Source: the human T2T-CHM13v2.0 reference genome, Homo sapiens. Taken from it: a DNA stretch of 64,000 bases. The stretch lies in assembly GCF_009914755.1 (NCBI RefSeq), contig NC_060943.1; one strand, given 5' to 3'. The translations under genes and the position numbers were made by a program. Shown piece by piece: positions 25,462 through 39,398 of the stretch. The notes below the pieces were generated by a model. That model had not been told where the DNA came from, searched no databases, and saw only the letters and a program-made list of their open reading frames with translations. Positions within the stretch are counted from its first letter, which is position 1. Every line of letters begins with the position of its first letter.

Positions 25462-28400
25462 GAATTCTCAGTAACTTCCTTGTGTTGTGTGCATTCAACT
25501 CACAGAGTTGAACGATCCTTTACACAGGGCAGACTTGAAACACTCTTTTTGTGGAATTTGCAAGCGGAGATTTCAGCCTCTTTGAGGTTAATGGTAGAAA
25601 ATGAAATATCTTCGTATAGAAACTAGACAGAATGATGCTCAGAAACTCCTTTGTGATGTGGGCGTTCAAGTCACAGAGTTTAACCTTTCTTTTCATAGAG
25701 CAGTTAGGAAACACTCTGTTTGTAAAGTCTGCAAGTGGATATTCAGACCTCCTTGAGGCCTTCGTTGGAAACGGGATTTCTTCATATTCTGCTAGACAGA
25801 AGAATTCTCAGTAACTTCCTTGTGTTGTGTGTATTCAACTCACAGAGTTGAACGATCCTTTACACAGAGTAGACTTGAAACACTCTTTTTGTGGAATTTG
25901 CAAGTGGAGATTTCAGCCGCTTTGAGGTCAATGGTAGAAAAGGGAATATCTTCGTATAGAAACTAGACAGAATGATTCTCAGAAACTCCTTTGTGATATG
26001 TGCGTTCAACTCACAGAGTTTAACCTTTCTTTTCATAGAGCAGTTAGGAAACACTCTGTTTGTAAAGTCTGCACGTGGATATTTGGACTTCTTTGAGGCC
26101 TTCGTTGGAAACGGGTTTTTTTCATGTAAGGCTAGACAGAAGAATTTTCAGTAACTTCCTTGTGTTGTGTGTATTCAACTGACAGAGTTGAACTTTCATT
26201 TAGAGAGAGCAGATTTGTAACACTGTTTTTGTGGAATTTGCAAGTGGAGATTTCAAGCGCTTTGCGACCAAAGGTAGAAAAGGAAATATCTTCGTATAAA
26301 AACTAGACAGAATCATTCTCAGAAAATCCTCTGTGATGTGTGCGTTCAACTCTCAGAGTTTAACTTTTCTTTTCATTCAGCAGTTTGGAAACACTCTGTT
26401 TGTAAAGTCTGCACGTGGATATTTTGACCACTTAGAGGCCTTCGTTGAAAACGGGTTTTTTTCATGTAAGGGTAGACAGAAGAATTCCCAGTAACTTCCT
26501 TGTGTTGTGTGCATTCAACTCACAGAGTTGAACGTTCCCTTAGACAGAGCAGATTTGAAACACTCTATTTGTGTAATTTGCAAGTGTAGATTTCAAGCGC
26601 TTTCAGGTCAACGGCAGAAAAGGAAATATCTTCGTTTCAAAACTAGACAGAATCATTCCCACAAACTGCGTTGTGATGTGTTCGTTCAACTCACAGAGTT
26701 TAACCTTCCTGTTCATAGAGCAGTTAGGAAACACTCTGTTTGTAAAGTCTGCAAGTGGATATTCAGACCTCCTTGAGGCCTTCGTTGGAAACGGGATTTC
26801 TTCATATTCTGCTAGACAGAAGAATTCTCAGTAACTTCCTTGTGTTGTGTGTATTCAACTCACAGAGTTGAACGATCCTTTACACAGAGCAGACTTGAAA
26901 CACTCTTTTTGTGGAATTTGCAAGTGGAGATTTCAGCCGCTTTGAGGTTAATGGTAGAAAATGAAATATCTTCGTATAGAAACTAGACAGAATGATTCTC
27001 AGAAACTCCTTTGTGATGTGTGAGTTCAACTCACAGAGTTTATCCTTTCTTTTCATAGAGCAGTTAGGAAACACTCTGTTTGTAAAGTGTGCAAGTGGAT
27101 ATTCAGACCTCTTTGAGGCCTTCGTTGGAAACGGGATTTCTTCATATTCTGCTAGACAGAAGAATTCTCAGTAACTTCCTTGTGTTGTGTGCATTGAACT
27201 CACAGAGTTGAACGATCCTTTACACAGGGCAGACTTGAAACACTCTTTTTGTGGAATTTGCAAGCGGAGATTTCAGCCTCTTTGAGGTTAATGTTAGAAA
27301 TTGAAATATCTTCATATAGAAACTAGACAGAATGATTCTCAGAAACTCCTTTGTGATGTGTGCGTTCAAGTCACAGAGTTTAACCTTTCTTTTCATAGAG
27401 CAGTTAGGAAACACTCTGTTTGTAAAGTCTGCAAGTGGATATTCAGACCTCTTTGAGGCCTTCGTTGGAAACGGGATTTCTTCATATTCTGCTAGACAAA
27501 AGAATTCTCAGTAACTTCCTTGTGTTGTGTGTATTCAAGTCACAGAGTTGAACGATCCTTTACACAGAGCAGACTTGAAACACTCTTTTTCTGGAATTTG
27601 CAAGTGGAGATTTCAGCCGCTTTGAGGTCAATGGTAGAAAAGGGAATATCTTCGTATAGAAACTAGACAGAATGATTCTCAGAAACTCCTTTGTGATGTG
27701 TGCGTTGAACTCACAGAGTTTTACCTTTCTTTTCATAGAGCAGTTAGGAAACACTCTGTTTGTAAAGTCTGCACGTGGATATTTGGACTTCTTTGAGGCC
27801 TTCGTTGGAAACGGGTTTTTTCATGTAAGGCTAGACAGAAGAATTCTCAGTAACTTCCTTGTGTTGTGTGTATTCAACTGACAGAGTTGAACTTTCATTT
27901 AGAGAGAGCAGATTTGTAACACTGTTTTTGAGGAATTTGCAAGTGGAGATTTCAAGCGATTTGCGGCCAAAGGCAGAAAAGGAAATATCTTCGTATAAAA
28001 ACTAGACAGAATCATTCTCAGAAAATCCTCTGTGATGTGTGCGTTCAACTCTCAGAGTTTAACTTTTCTTTTCATTCAGCAGTTTGGAAACACTCTGTTT
28101 GTAAAGTCTGCACGTGGATATTTTGACCACTTAGAGGCCTTCGTTGGAAACGGGTTTTTTTCATGTAAGGGTAGACAGAAGAATTCCCAGTAACTTCCTT
28201 GTGTTGTGTGCATTCAACTCACAGAGTTGAACGTTCCCTTAGACAGAGCAGATTTGAAACACTCTATTTGTGTAATTTGCAAGTGTAGATTTCAAGCGCT
28301 TTAAGGTCAACGGCAGGAAAGGATATATCTTCGTTTCAAAACTAGACAGAATCATTCCCACAAACTCGTTGTGATGTGTTCGTTCAACTCACAGAGTTTA

Positions 28401-31400
28401 ACCTTTCTGTTCATAGAGCAGTTAGGAAACACTCTGTTTGTAAAGTCTGCAAGTGGATATTCAGACCTCCTTGAGGCCTTCGTTGGAAACGGGATTTCTT
28501 CATATTCTGCTAGACAGAAGAATTCTCAGTAACTTCCTTGTGTTGTGTGCATTCAACTCACAGAGTTGAACGATCCTTTACACAGGGCAGACTTGAAACA
28601 CTCTTTTTGTGGAATTTGCAAGCGGAGATTTCAGCCTCTTTGAGGTTAATGGTAGAAAATGAAATATCTTCGTATAGAAACTAGACAGAATGATTCTCAG
28701 AAACTCCTTTGTGATGTGTGCGTTCAACTCACAGAGTTTAACCTTTCTTTTCATAGAGCAGTTAGGAAACACTCTGTTTGTAAAGTCTGCAAGTGGATAT
28801 TCAGACCTCTTTGAGGCCTTCGTTGGAAACGGGATTTCTTCATATTCTGCTAGACAGAAGAATTCTCAGTAACTTCCTTGTGTTGTGTGTATTCAACTCA
28901 CAGAGTTGAACGATCCTTTACACAGAGCAGATTTGAAACACTCTTTTTGTGGAATTTGCAAGTGGAGATTTCAGCCGCTTTGAGGTCAATGGTAGAAAAG
29001 GGAATATCTTCGTATAGAAACTAGACAGAATGATTCTCAGAAACTCCTTTGTGATGTGTGCGTTCAACTCACAGAGTTTAACCTTTCTTTTCATAGAGCA
29101 GTTAGGAAACACTCTGTTTGTAAAGTCTGCACGTGGATATTTGGACTTCTTTGAGGCCTTCGTTGGAAACGGGTTTTTTTCATGTAAGGCTAGACAGAAG
29201 AATTCTCAGTAACTTCCTTGTGTTGTGTGTATTCAACTGACAGAGTTGAACTTTCATTTAGAGAGAGCAGATTTGTAACACTGTTTTTGTGGAATTTGCA
29301 AGTGGAGATTTCAAGCGCTTTGCGGCCAAAGGCAGAAAAGGAAATATCTTCGTATAAAAACTAGACAGAATCATTCTCAGAAAATCCTCTGTGATGTGTG
29401 CGTTCAACTCTCAGAGTTTAACTTTTCTTTTCATTCAGCAGTTTGGAAACACTCTGTTTGTAAAGTCTGCACGTGGATATTTTGACCACTTAGAGGCCTT
29501 CTTTGGAAACGGGTTTTTTTCATGTAAGTGTAGACAGAAGAATTCCCAGTAACTTCCTTGTGTTGTGTGCATTCAACTCACAGAGTTGAACGTTCCCTTA
29601 GACAGAGCAGATTTGAAACACTCTATTTGTGTAATTTGCAAGTGTAGATTTCAAGCGCTTTAAGGTCAACGGCAGAAAAGGAAATATCTTCGTTTCAAAA
29701 CTAGACAGAATCATTCCCACAAACTGCGTTGTGATGTGTTCGTTCAACTCACAGAGTTTAACCTTTCTGTTCATAGAGCAGTTAGGAAACACTCTGTTTG
29801 TAAAGTCTGCAAGTGGATATTCAGACCTCCTTGAGGCCTTCGTTGGAAACGGGATTTCTTCATATTCTGCTAGACAGAAGAATTCTCAGTAACTTCCTTG
29901 TGTTGTGTGTATTCAACTCACAGAGTTGAACGATCCTTTACACAGAGCAGACTTGAAACACTCTTTTTGTGGAATTTGCAAGTGGAGATTTCAGCCGCCT
30001 TGAGGTCAATGGTAGAAAAGGGAATATCTTCGTATAGAAACTAGACAGAATGATTCTCAGAAACTCCTTTGTGATGTGTGCGTTCAAGTCACACAGTTTA
30101 ACCTTTCTTTTCATAGAGCAGTTAGGAAACACTCTGTTTGTAAAGTCTGCAAGTGGATATTCAGACCTCTTTGAGGCCTTCGTTGGAAACGGGATTTCTT
30201 CATATTCTGCTAGACAGAAGAATTCTCAGTAACTTCCTTGTGTTGTGTGTATTCAACTCACAGAGTTGAACGATCCTTTACACAGAGCAGACTTGAAACA
30301 CTCTTTTTGTGGAATTTGCAAGTGGAGATTTCAGCCGCTTTGAGGTCAATGGTAGAAAAGGGAATATCTTCGTATAGAAACTAGACAGAATGATTCTCAG
30401 AAACTCCTTTGTGATGTGTGCGTTCAACTCACAGAGTTTAACCTTTCTTTTCATAGAGCAGTTAGGAAACACTCTGTTTGTAAAGTCTGCACGTGGATAT
30501 TTGGACTTCTTTGAGGCCTTCGTTGGAAACGGGTTTTTTTCATGTAAGGCTAGACAGAAGAATTTTCAGTAACTTCCTTGTGTTGTGTGTATTCAACTGA
30601 CAGAGTTGAACTTTCATTTAGAGAGAGCAGATTTGTAACACTGTTTTTGTGGAATTTGCAAGTGGAGATTTCAAGCGCTTTGCGGCCAAAGGCAGAAAAG
30701 GAAATATCTTCGTATAAAAACTAGACAGAATCATTCTCAGAAAATCCTCTGTGATGTGTGCGTTCAACTCTCAGAGTTTAACTTTTCTTTTCATTCAGCA
30801 GTTTGGAAACACTCTGTTTGTAAAGTCTGCACGTGGATATTTTGACCACTTAGAGGCCTTCGTTGGAAACGGGTTTTTTTCATATAAGGCTAGACAGAAG
30901 AATTCCCAGTAACTTCCTTGTGTTGTGTGCATTCAACTCACAGAGTTGAACATTCCCTTAGACAGAGCAGATTTGAAACACTCTATTTGTGTAATTTGCA
31001 AGTGTAGATTTCAAGCGCTTTAAGGTCAACGGCAGAAAAGGAAATATCTTCGTTTCAAAACTAGACAGAATCATTCCCACAAACTGCGTTGTGATGTGTT
31101 CGTTCAACTCACAGAGTTTAACCTTTCTGTTCATAGAGCAGTTAGGAAACACTCTGTTTGTAAAGTCTGCAAGTGGATATTCAGACCTCCTTGAGGCCTT
31201 CGTTGGAAACGGGATTTCTTCATATTCTGCTAGACAGAAGAATTCTCAGTAACTTCCTTGTGTTGTGTGTATTCAACTCACAGAGTTGAACGATCCTTTA
31301 CACAGAGCAGACTTGAAACACTCTTTTTGTGGAATTTGCAAGTGGAGATTTCAGCCGCTTTGAGGTCAATGGTAGAAAAGGGAATATCTTCGTATAGAAA

Positions 31401-32259
31401 CTAGACAGAATGATTCCCAGAAACTCCTTTGTGATGTGTGCGTTCAACTCACAGAGTTTAACCTTTCTTTTCATAGAGCAGTTAGGAAACACTCTGTTTG
31501 TAAAGTCTGCACGTGGATATTTGGACTTCTTTGAGGCCTTCGTTGGAAACGGGGTTTTTTCATGTAAGGCTAGACAGAAGAATTCTCAGTAACTTCCCTG
31601 TGTTGTGTGTATTCAACTGACAGAGTCGAACTTTCATTTAGAGAGAGCAGATTTGTAACACTGTTTTTGTGGAATTTGCAAGTGGAGATTTCAAGCGCTT
31701 TGGGGCCAAAGGTAGAAAAGGAAATATCTTCGTATAAAAACTAGACAGAATCATTCTCAGAAAATGCTTTGTGATGTGTGCGTTCAACTCTCAGAGTTTA
31801 ACTTTTGTTTTCATTCAGCAGTTTGGAAACACTCTGTTTGTAAAGTCTGCACGTGGATATTTTGACCACTTAGAGGCCTTCGTTGGAAACGGGTTTTTTT
31901 CATGTAAGGGTAGACAGAAGAATTCCCAGTAACTTCCTTGTGTTGTGTGCATTCAACTCACAGAGTTGAACATTCCCTTAGACAGAGCAGATTTGAAACA
32001 CTCTATTTGTGCAATTTGCAAGTGTAGATTTCAAGCGCTTTAAGGTCAATGGCAGAAAAGGAAATATCTTCATTTCAAAACTAGACAGAATCATTCCCAC
32101 AAACTGCGCTGTGATGTGTTCGTTCAACTCACAGAGTTTAACTTTTCCGTTCATAGAGCAGTTAGGAAACACTCTGTTTGTAAAGTCTGCAAGTGGATAT
32201 TCAGACCTCCTTGAGGCCTTCGTTGGAAACGGGATTTCTTCATATTCTGCTAGACAGAA

Positions 32260-33959
32260 GAATTCTCAGTAACTTCCTTGTGTTGTGTGTATTCAACTCA
32301 CAGAGTTGAACGATCCTTTACACAGAGCAGACTTGAAACACACTTTTTGTGGAATTTGCAAGTGGAGATTTCAGCCGCTTTGAGGTTAATGGTAGAAAAT
32401 GAAATATCTTCGTATAGAAACTAGACAGAATGATTCTCAGAAACTCCTTTGTGATGTGTGAGTTCAACTCACAGAGTTTATCCTTTCTTTTCATAGAGCA
32501 GTTAGGAAACACTCTGTTTGTAAAGTCTGCAAGTGGATATTCAGACCTCTTTGAGGCCTTCGTTGGAAACGGGATTTCTTCATATTCTGCTAGACAGAAG
32601 AATTCTCAGTAACTTCCTTGTGTTGTGTGCATTCAACTCACAGAGTTGAACGATCCTTTACACAGGGCAGACTTGAAACACTCTTTTTGTGGAATTTGCA
32701 AGCAGAGATTTCAGCCTCTTTGAGGTTAATGGTAGAAAATGAAATATCTTCGTATAGAAACTAGACAGAATGATTCTCAGAAACTCCTTTGTGATGTGTG
32801 CTTTCAAGTCACAGAGTTTAACCTTTCTTTTCATAGAGCAGTTAGGAAACACTCTGTTTGTAAAGTCTGCAAGTGGATATTCAGACCTCTTTGAGGCCTT
32901 CGTTGGAAACGGGATTTCTTCATATTCTGCTAGACAGAAGAATTCTCAGTAACTTCCTTGTGTTGTGTGTATTCAACTCACAGAGTTGAACGATCCTTTA
33001 CACAGAGCAGACATGAAACACTCTTTTTGTGGAATTTGCAAGTGGAGATTTCAGCCGCTTTGAGGTCAATGGTAGAAAAGGGAATATCTTCGTATAGAAA
33101 CTAGACAGAATGATTCTCAGAAACTCCTTTGTGATGTGTGCGTTCAACTCACAGAGTTTAACCTTTCTTTTCATAGAGCAGTTAGGAAACACTCTGTTTG
33201 TAAAGTTTGCAAGTGGATATTCAGACCTCTTTGAGGCCTTCGTTGGAAACGGGATTTCTTCATATTCTGCTAGACAGAAGAATTCTCAGTAACTTCCTTG
33301 TGTTGTGTGTATTCAACTCACAGAGTTGAACGATCCTTTACACAGAGCAGACTTGAAACACTCTTTTTGTGGAGTTTGCAAGTGGAGATTTCAGCCGCTT
33401 TGAGGTCAATGGTAGAAAAGGAAATATCTTCGTATAAAAACTAGACAGAATGATTCTCAGAAACTCCTTTGTGATGTGTGCATTCAACTCACAGAGTTTA
33501 ACCTTTCTTTTCATAGAGCAGTTAGGAAACACTCTGTTTGTAAAGTCTGCAAGTGGATATTCAGACCTCTTTGAGGCCTTCGTTGGAAACGGGATTTCTT
33601 AATATTATGCTAGACAGAAGAATTCTCAGAAACTTCCTTGTGTTGTGTGTATTCAACTCACAGAGTTGAACGATCCTTTACACAGGGCAGACTTGAAACA
33701 CTCTTTTTGTGGAATTTGCAAGTGGAAATTTCAGCCGCTTTGAGGTCAATGGTAGAAAAGGAAATATCTTCGTATAAAAACTAGACAGAATGATTCTCAG
33801 AAACTCCTTTGTGATGTGTGCGTTCAACTCACAGAGTTTAACCTTTCTTTTCATAGAGCAGTTAGGAAACACTCTGTTTGTAAAGTCTGCAAGTGGATAA
33901 TCAGACCTCTTTGAGGCCTTCGTTAGAAACGGGATTTCTTCATATTCTGCAAGACAGAA
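32260..33959 (+). repeat. Run of 5 D dimers (16-mer HOR variant)
   Basis: B dimers at 31580 and 34300 are 8 dimers apart. Confidence 0.8.
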
Positions 33960-36900
33960 GAATTCTCAGTAACTTCCTTGTGTTGTGTGTATTCAACTCG
34001 CAGAGTTGAACGATCCTTTACACAGGGCAGACTTGAAACACTCTTTTTGTGGAATTTGGAAGTGGAGATTTCAGCCTCTTTGAGGTTAATGGTAGAAAAT
34101 GTAATATCTTCGTATAGAAACTAGACAGAATGATTCTCAGAAACTCCTTTGTGATGTGTGCGTTCAACTCACAGAGTTTAACCTTTCTTTTCATAGAGCA
34201 GTTAGGAAACACTCTGTTTGTAAAGTCTGCACGTGGATATTTGGACTTCTTTGAGGCCTTCGTTGGAAACGGGTTTTTTTCATGTAAGGCTAGACAGAAG
34301 AATTCTCAGTAACTTCCTTGTGTTGTGTGTATTCAACTGACAGAGTTGAACTTTCATTTAGAGAGAGCAGATTTGTAACACTGTTTTTGTGGAATTTGCA
34401 AGTGGAGATTTCAAGAGCTTTGGGGCCAAAGGCAGAAAAGGAAATATCTTCGTATAAAAACTAGACAGAATCATTCTCAGAAAATGCTCTGTGATGTGTG
34501 CGTTCAACTCTCAGAGTTTAACTTTTCTTTTCATTCAGCAGTTTGGAAACACTCTGTTTGTAAAGTCTGCACGTGGATATTTTGACCACTTAGAGGCCTT
34601 CGTTGGAAACGGGTTTTTTTCATGTAAGGGTAGACAGAAGAATTCCCAGTAACTTCCTTGTGTTGTGTGCATTCAACTCACAGAGTTGAACGTTCCCTTA
34701 GACAGAGCAGATTTGAAACACTCTATTTGTGCAATTTGCAAGTATAGATTTCAAGCGCTTTTAAGGTCAACGGCAGAAAAGGAAATATCTTCGTTTCAAA
34801 ACTAGACAGAATCATTCCCACAAACTGCGTTGTGATGTGTTCGTTCAACTCACAGAGTTTAACCTTTCTGTTCATAGAGCAGTTAGGAAACACTCTGTTT
34901 GTAAAGTCTGCAAGTGGATATTCAGACCTCCTTGAGGCCTTCGTTGGAAACGGGATTTCTTCATATTCTGCTAGACAGAAGAATTCTCAGTATCTTCCTT
35001 GTGTTGTGTGTATTCAACTCACAGAGTTGAACGCTCCTTTACACAGAGCAGACTTGAAACACTCTTTTTGTGGAATTTGCAAGTGGAGATTTAAGCCGCT
35101 TTGAGGTCAATGGTAGAAAAGGGAATATCTTCGTATAGAAACTAGACAGAATGATTCTCAGAAACTCCTTTGTGATGTGTGCGTTCAACTCACAGAGTTT
35201 AACCTTTCTTTTCATAGAGCAGTTAGGAAACACTCTGTTTGTAAAGTCTGCATGTGGATATTTGGACTTCTTTGAGGCCTTCGTTGGAAACGGGTTTTTT
35301 TCATGTAAGGTTAGACAGAAGAATTCTCAGTAACTTCCTTGTGTTGTGTGTATTCAACTGACAGAGTTGAACTTTCATTTAGAGAGAGCAGATTTGTAAC
35401 ACTGTTTTTGTGGAATTTGCAAGTGGAGATTTCAAGCGCTTTGGGGCCAAAGGCAGAAAAGGAAATATCTTCGTATAAAAACTAGACAGAATCATTCTCA
35501 GAAAATCCTCTGTGATGTGTGCGTTCAACTCTCAGAGTTTAACTTTTCTTTTCATTCAGCAGTTTGGAAACACTCTGTTTGTAAAGTCTGCACGTGGATA
35601 TTTTGACCACTTAGAGGCCTTCGTTGGAAACGGGTTTTTTCATGTAAGGGTAGACAGAAGAATTCCCAGTAACTTCCTTGTGTTGTGTGCATTCAACTCA
35701 CAGAGTTGAACGTTCCCTTAGGCAGAGCAGATAGGAAACACTCTATTTGTGCAATTTGCAAGTGTAGATTTCAAGCGCTTTATGGTCAACGGCAGAAAAG
35801 GAAATATCTTCGTTTCAAAACTAGACAGAATCATTCCCACAAACTGCGTTGTGATGTGTTCGTTCAACTCACAGAGTTTAACCTTTCTGTTCATAGAGCA
35901 GTTAGGAAACACTCTGTTTGTAAAGTATGCAAGTGGATATTCAGACCTCCTTGAGGCCTTCGTTGGAAACGGGATTTCTTCATATTCTGCTAGACCGAAG
36001 AATTCTCAGTAACTTCCTTGTGTTGTGTGTATTCAACTCACAGAGTTGAACGATCCTTTACACAGAGCAGACTTGAAACACTCTTTTTGTGGAATTTGCA
36101 AGTGGAGATTTCAGCCGCTTTGAGGTTAATGGTAGAAAATGAAATATCTTCGTATAGAAATTAGAAAGAATGATTCTCAGAAACTCCTTTGTGATGTGTG
36201 CGTTCAACTCACAGAGTTTAACCTTTCTTTTCATAGAGCAGTTAGGAAACACTCTGTTTGTAAAGTCTGCAAGTGGATATTCAGACCTCTTTGAGGCCTT
36301 CGATGGAAACGGGATTTCTTCATATTCTGCTAGACAGAAGAATTCTCAGTAACTTCCTTGTGTTGTGTGTATTCAACTCACAGAGTTGAACGATCCTTTA
36401 CACAGGGCAGACTTGAAACACTCTTTTTGTGGAATTTGCAATGGAGATTTCTGCCTCTTTGAGGTTAATGGTAGAAAATGAAATATCTTCCTATAGAAAC
36501 TAGACAGATTGATTCTCAGAAACTCCTTTGTGATGTGTGCGTTCAAGTCACAGAGTTTAACCTTTCTTTTCATACAGCAGTTAGGAAACACTCTGTTTGT
36601 AAAGTCTGCAAGTGGATATTCAGACCTCTTTGTGGCCTTCGTTGGAAACGGGATTTCTTCATATTCTGCTAGACAGAAGAATTCTCAGTAACTTCCTTGT
36701 GTTGTGTGTATTCAACTCACAGAGTTGAACGATCCTTTACACAGAGCAGACTTGAAACACTCTTTTTGTGGAATTTGCAAGTGGAGATTTCAGCCGCTTT
36801 GAGGTCAATGGTAGAAAAGGGAATATCTTCGTATAGAAACTAGACAGAATGATTCCCAGAAACTCCTTTGTGATGTGTGCGTTCAACTCACAGGGTTTAA

Positions 36901-37698
36901 CCTTTCTTTTCATAGAGCAGTTAGCAAACACTCTGTTTGTAAAGTCTGCACGTGGATATTTGGACTTCTTTGAGGCCTTCGTTGGAAACGGGGTTTTTTC
37001 ATGTAAGGCTAGACAGAAGAATTCTCAGTAACTTCCCTGTGTTGTGTGTATTCAACTGACAGAGTCGAACTTTCATTTAGAGAGAGCAGATTTGTAACAC
37101 TGTTTTTGTGGAATTTGCAAGTGGAGATTTCAAGCGCTTTGGGGCCAAAGGCAGAAAAGGAAATATCTTCGTATAAAAACTAGACAGAATCATTCTCAGA
37201 AAATGCTTTGTGATGTGTGCGTTCAACTCTCAGAGTTTAACTTTTGTTTTCATTCAGCAGTTTGGAAACACTCTGTTTGTAAAGTCTGCACGTGGATATT
37301 TTGACCACTTAGAGGCCTTCGTTGGAAACGGGTTTTTTTCATGTAAGGGTAGACAGAAGAATTCCCAGTAACTTCCTTGTGTTGTGTGCATTCAACTCAC
37401 AGAGTTGAACATTCCCTTAGACAGAGCAGATTTGAAACACTCTATTTGTGCAATTTGCAAGTGTAGATTTCAAGCGCTTTAAGGTCAATGGCAGAAAAGG
37501 AAATATCTTCATTTCAAAACTAGACAGAATCATTCCCACAAACTGCGTTGTGATGTGTTCGTTCAACTCACAGAGTTTAACTTTTCCGTTCATAGAGCAG
37601 TTAGGAAACACTCTGTTTGTAAAGTCTGCAAGTGGATATTCAGACCTCCTTGAGGCCTTCGTTGGAAACGGGATTTCTTCATATTCTGCTAGACAGAA

Positions 37699-39398
37699 GA
37701 ATTCTCAGTAACTTCCTTGTGTTGTGTGTATTCAACTCACAGAGTTGAACGATCCTTTACACAGAGCAGACTTGAAACACACTTTTTGTGGAATTTGCAA
37801 GTGGAGATTTCAGCCGCTTTGAGGTTAATGGTAGAAAATGAAATATCTTCGTATAGAAACTAGACAGAATGATTCTCAGAAACTCCTTTGTGATGTGTGA
37901 GTTCAACTCACAGAGTTTAACCGTTCTTTTCATAGAGCAGTTAGGAAACACTCTGTTTGTAAAGTCTGCAAGTGGATATTCAGACCTCTTTGAGGCCTTC
38001 GTTGGAAACGGGATTTCTTCATATTCTGCTAGACAGAAGAATTCTCAGTAACTTCCTTGTGTTGTGTGCATTCAACTCACAGAGTTGAACGATCCTTTAC
38101 ACAGGGCAGATTTGAAACACTCTTTTTGTGGAATTTGCAAGCGGAGATTTCAGCCTCTTTGAGGTTAATGGTAGAAAATGAAATATCTTCGTATAGAAAC
38201 TAGACAGAATGACTCTCAGAAACTCCTTTGTGATGTGTGCGTTCAAGTCACAGAGTTTAACCTTTCTTTTCATAGAGCAGTTAGGAAACACTCTGTTTGT
38301 AAAGTCTGCAAGTGGATATTCAGACCTCTTTGAGGCCTTCGTTGGAAACGGGATTTCTTCATATTCTGCTAGACAGAAGAATTCTCAGTAACTTCCTTGT
38401 GTTGTGTGTATTCAACTCACAGAGTTGAATGATCCTTTACACAGAGCAGACATGAAACACTCTTTTTGTGGAATTTGCAAGTGGAGATTTCAGCCGCTTT
38501 GAGGTCAATGGTAGAAAAGGGAATATCTTCGTATAGAAACTAGACAGAATGATTCTCAGAAACTCCTTTGTGATGTGTGCGTTCAACTCACAGAGTTTAA
38601 CCTTTCTTTTCATAGAGCAGTTAGGAAACACTCTGTTTGTAAAGTTTGCAAGTGGATATTCAGACCTCTTTGAGGCCTTCGTTGGAAACGGGATTTCTTC
38701 ATATTCTGCTAGACAGAAGAATTCTCAGTAACTTCCTTGTGTTGTGTGTATTCAACTCACAGAGTTGAACGATCCTTTACACAGAGCAGACTTGAAACAC
38801 TCTTTTTGTGGAGTTTGCAAGTGGAGATTTCAGCCGCTTTGAGGTCAATGGTAGAAAAGGAAATATCTTCGTATAAAAACTAGACAGAATGATTCTCAGA
38901 AACTCCTTTGTGATGTGTGCATTCAACTCACAGAGTTTAACCTTTCTTTTCATAGAGCAGTTAGGAAACACTCTGTTTGTAAAGTCTGCAAGTGGATATT
39001 CAGACATCTTTGAGGCCTTCGTTGGAAACGGGATTTCTTAATATTATGCTAGACAGAAGAATTCTCAGAAACTTCCTTGTGTTGTGTGTATTCAACTCAC
39101 AGAGTTGAACGATCCTTTACACAGGGCAGACTTGAAACACTCTTTTTGTGGAATTTGCAAGTGGAGATTTCAGCCGCTTTGAGGTTAATGGTAGAAAAGG
39201 AAATATCTTCGTATAAAAACTAGACAGAATGATTCTCAGAAACTCCTTTGTGATGTTTGCGTTCAAGTCACAGAGTTTAACCTTTCTTTTCATAGAGCAG
39301 TTAGGAAACACTCTGTGTGTAAAGTCTGCAAGTGGATATTCAGACCTCCTTGAGGCCTTCGTTGGAAACGGGATTTCTTCATATTCTGCTAGACCGAA
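37699..39398 (+). repeat. Run of 5 D dimers (16-mer HOR variant)
   Basis: B dimers at 37019 and 39739 are 8 dimers apart; private SNVs are shared with 32260-33700. Confidence 0.8.
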
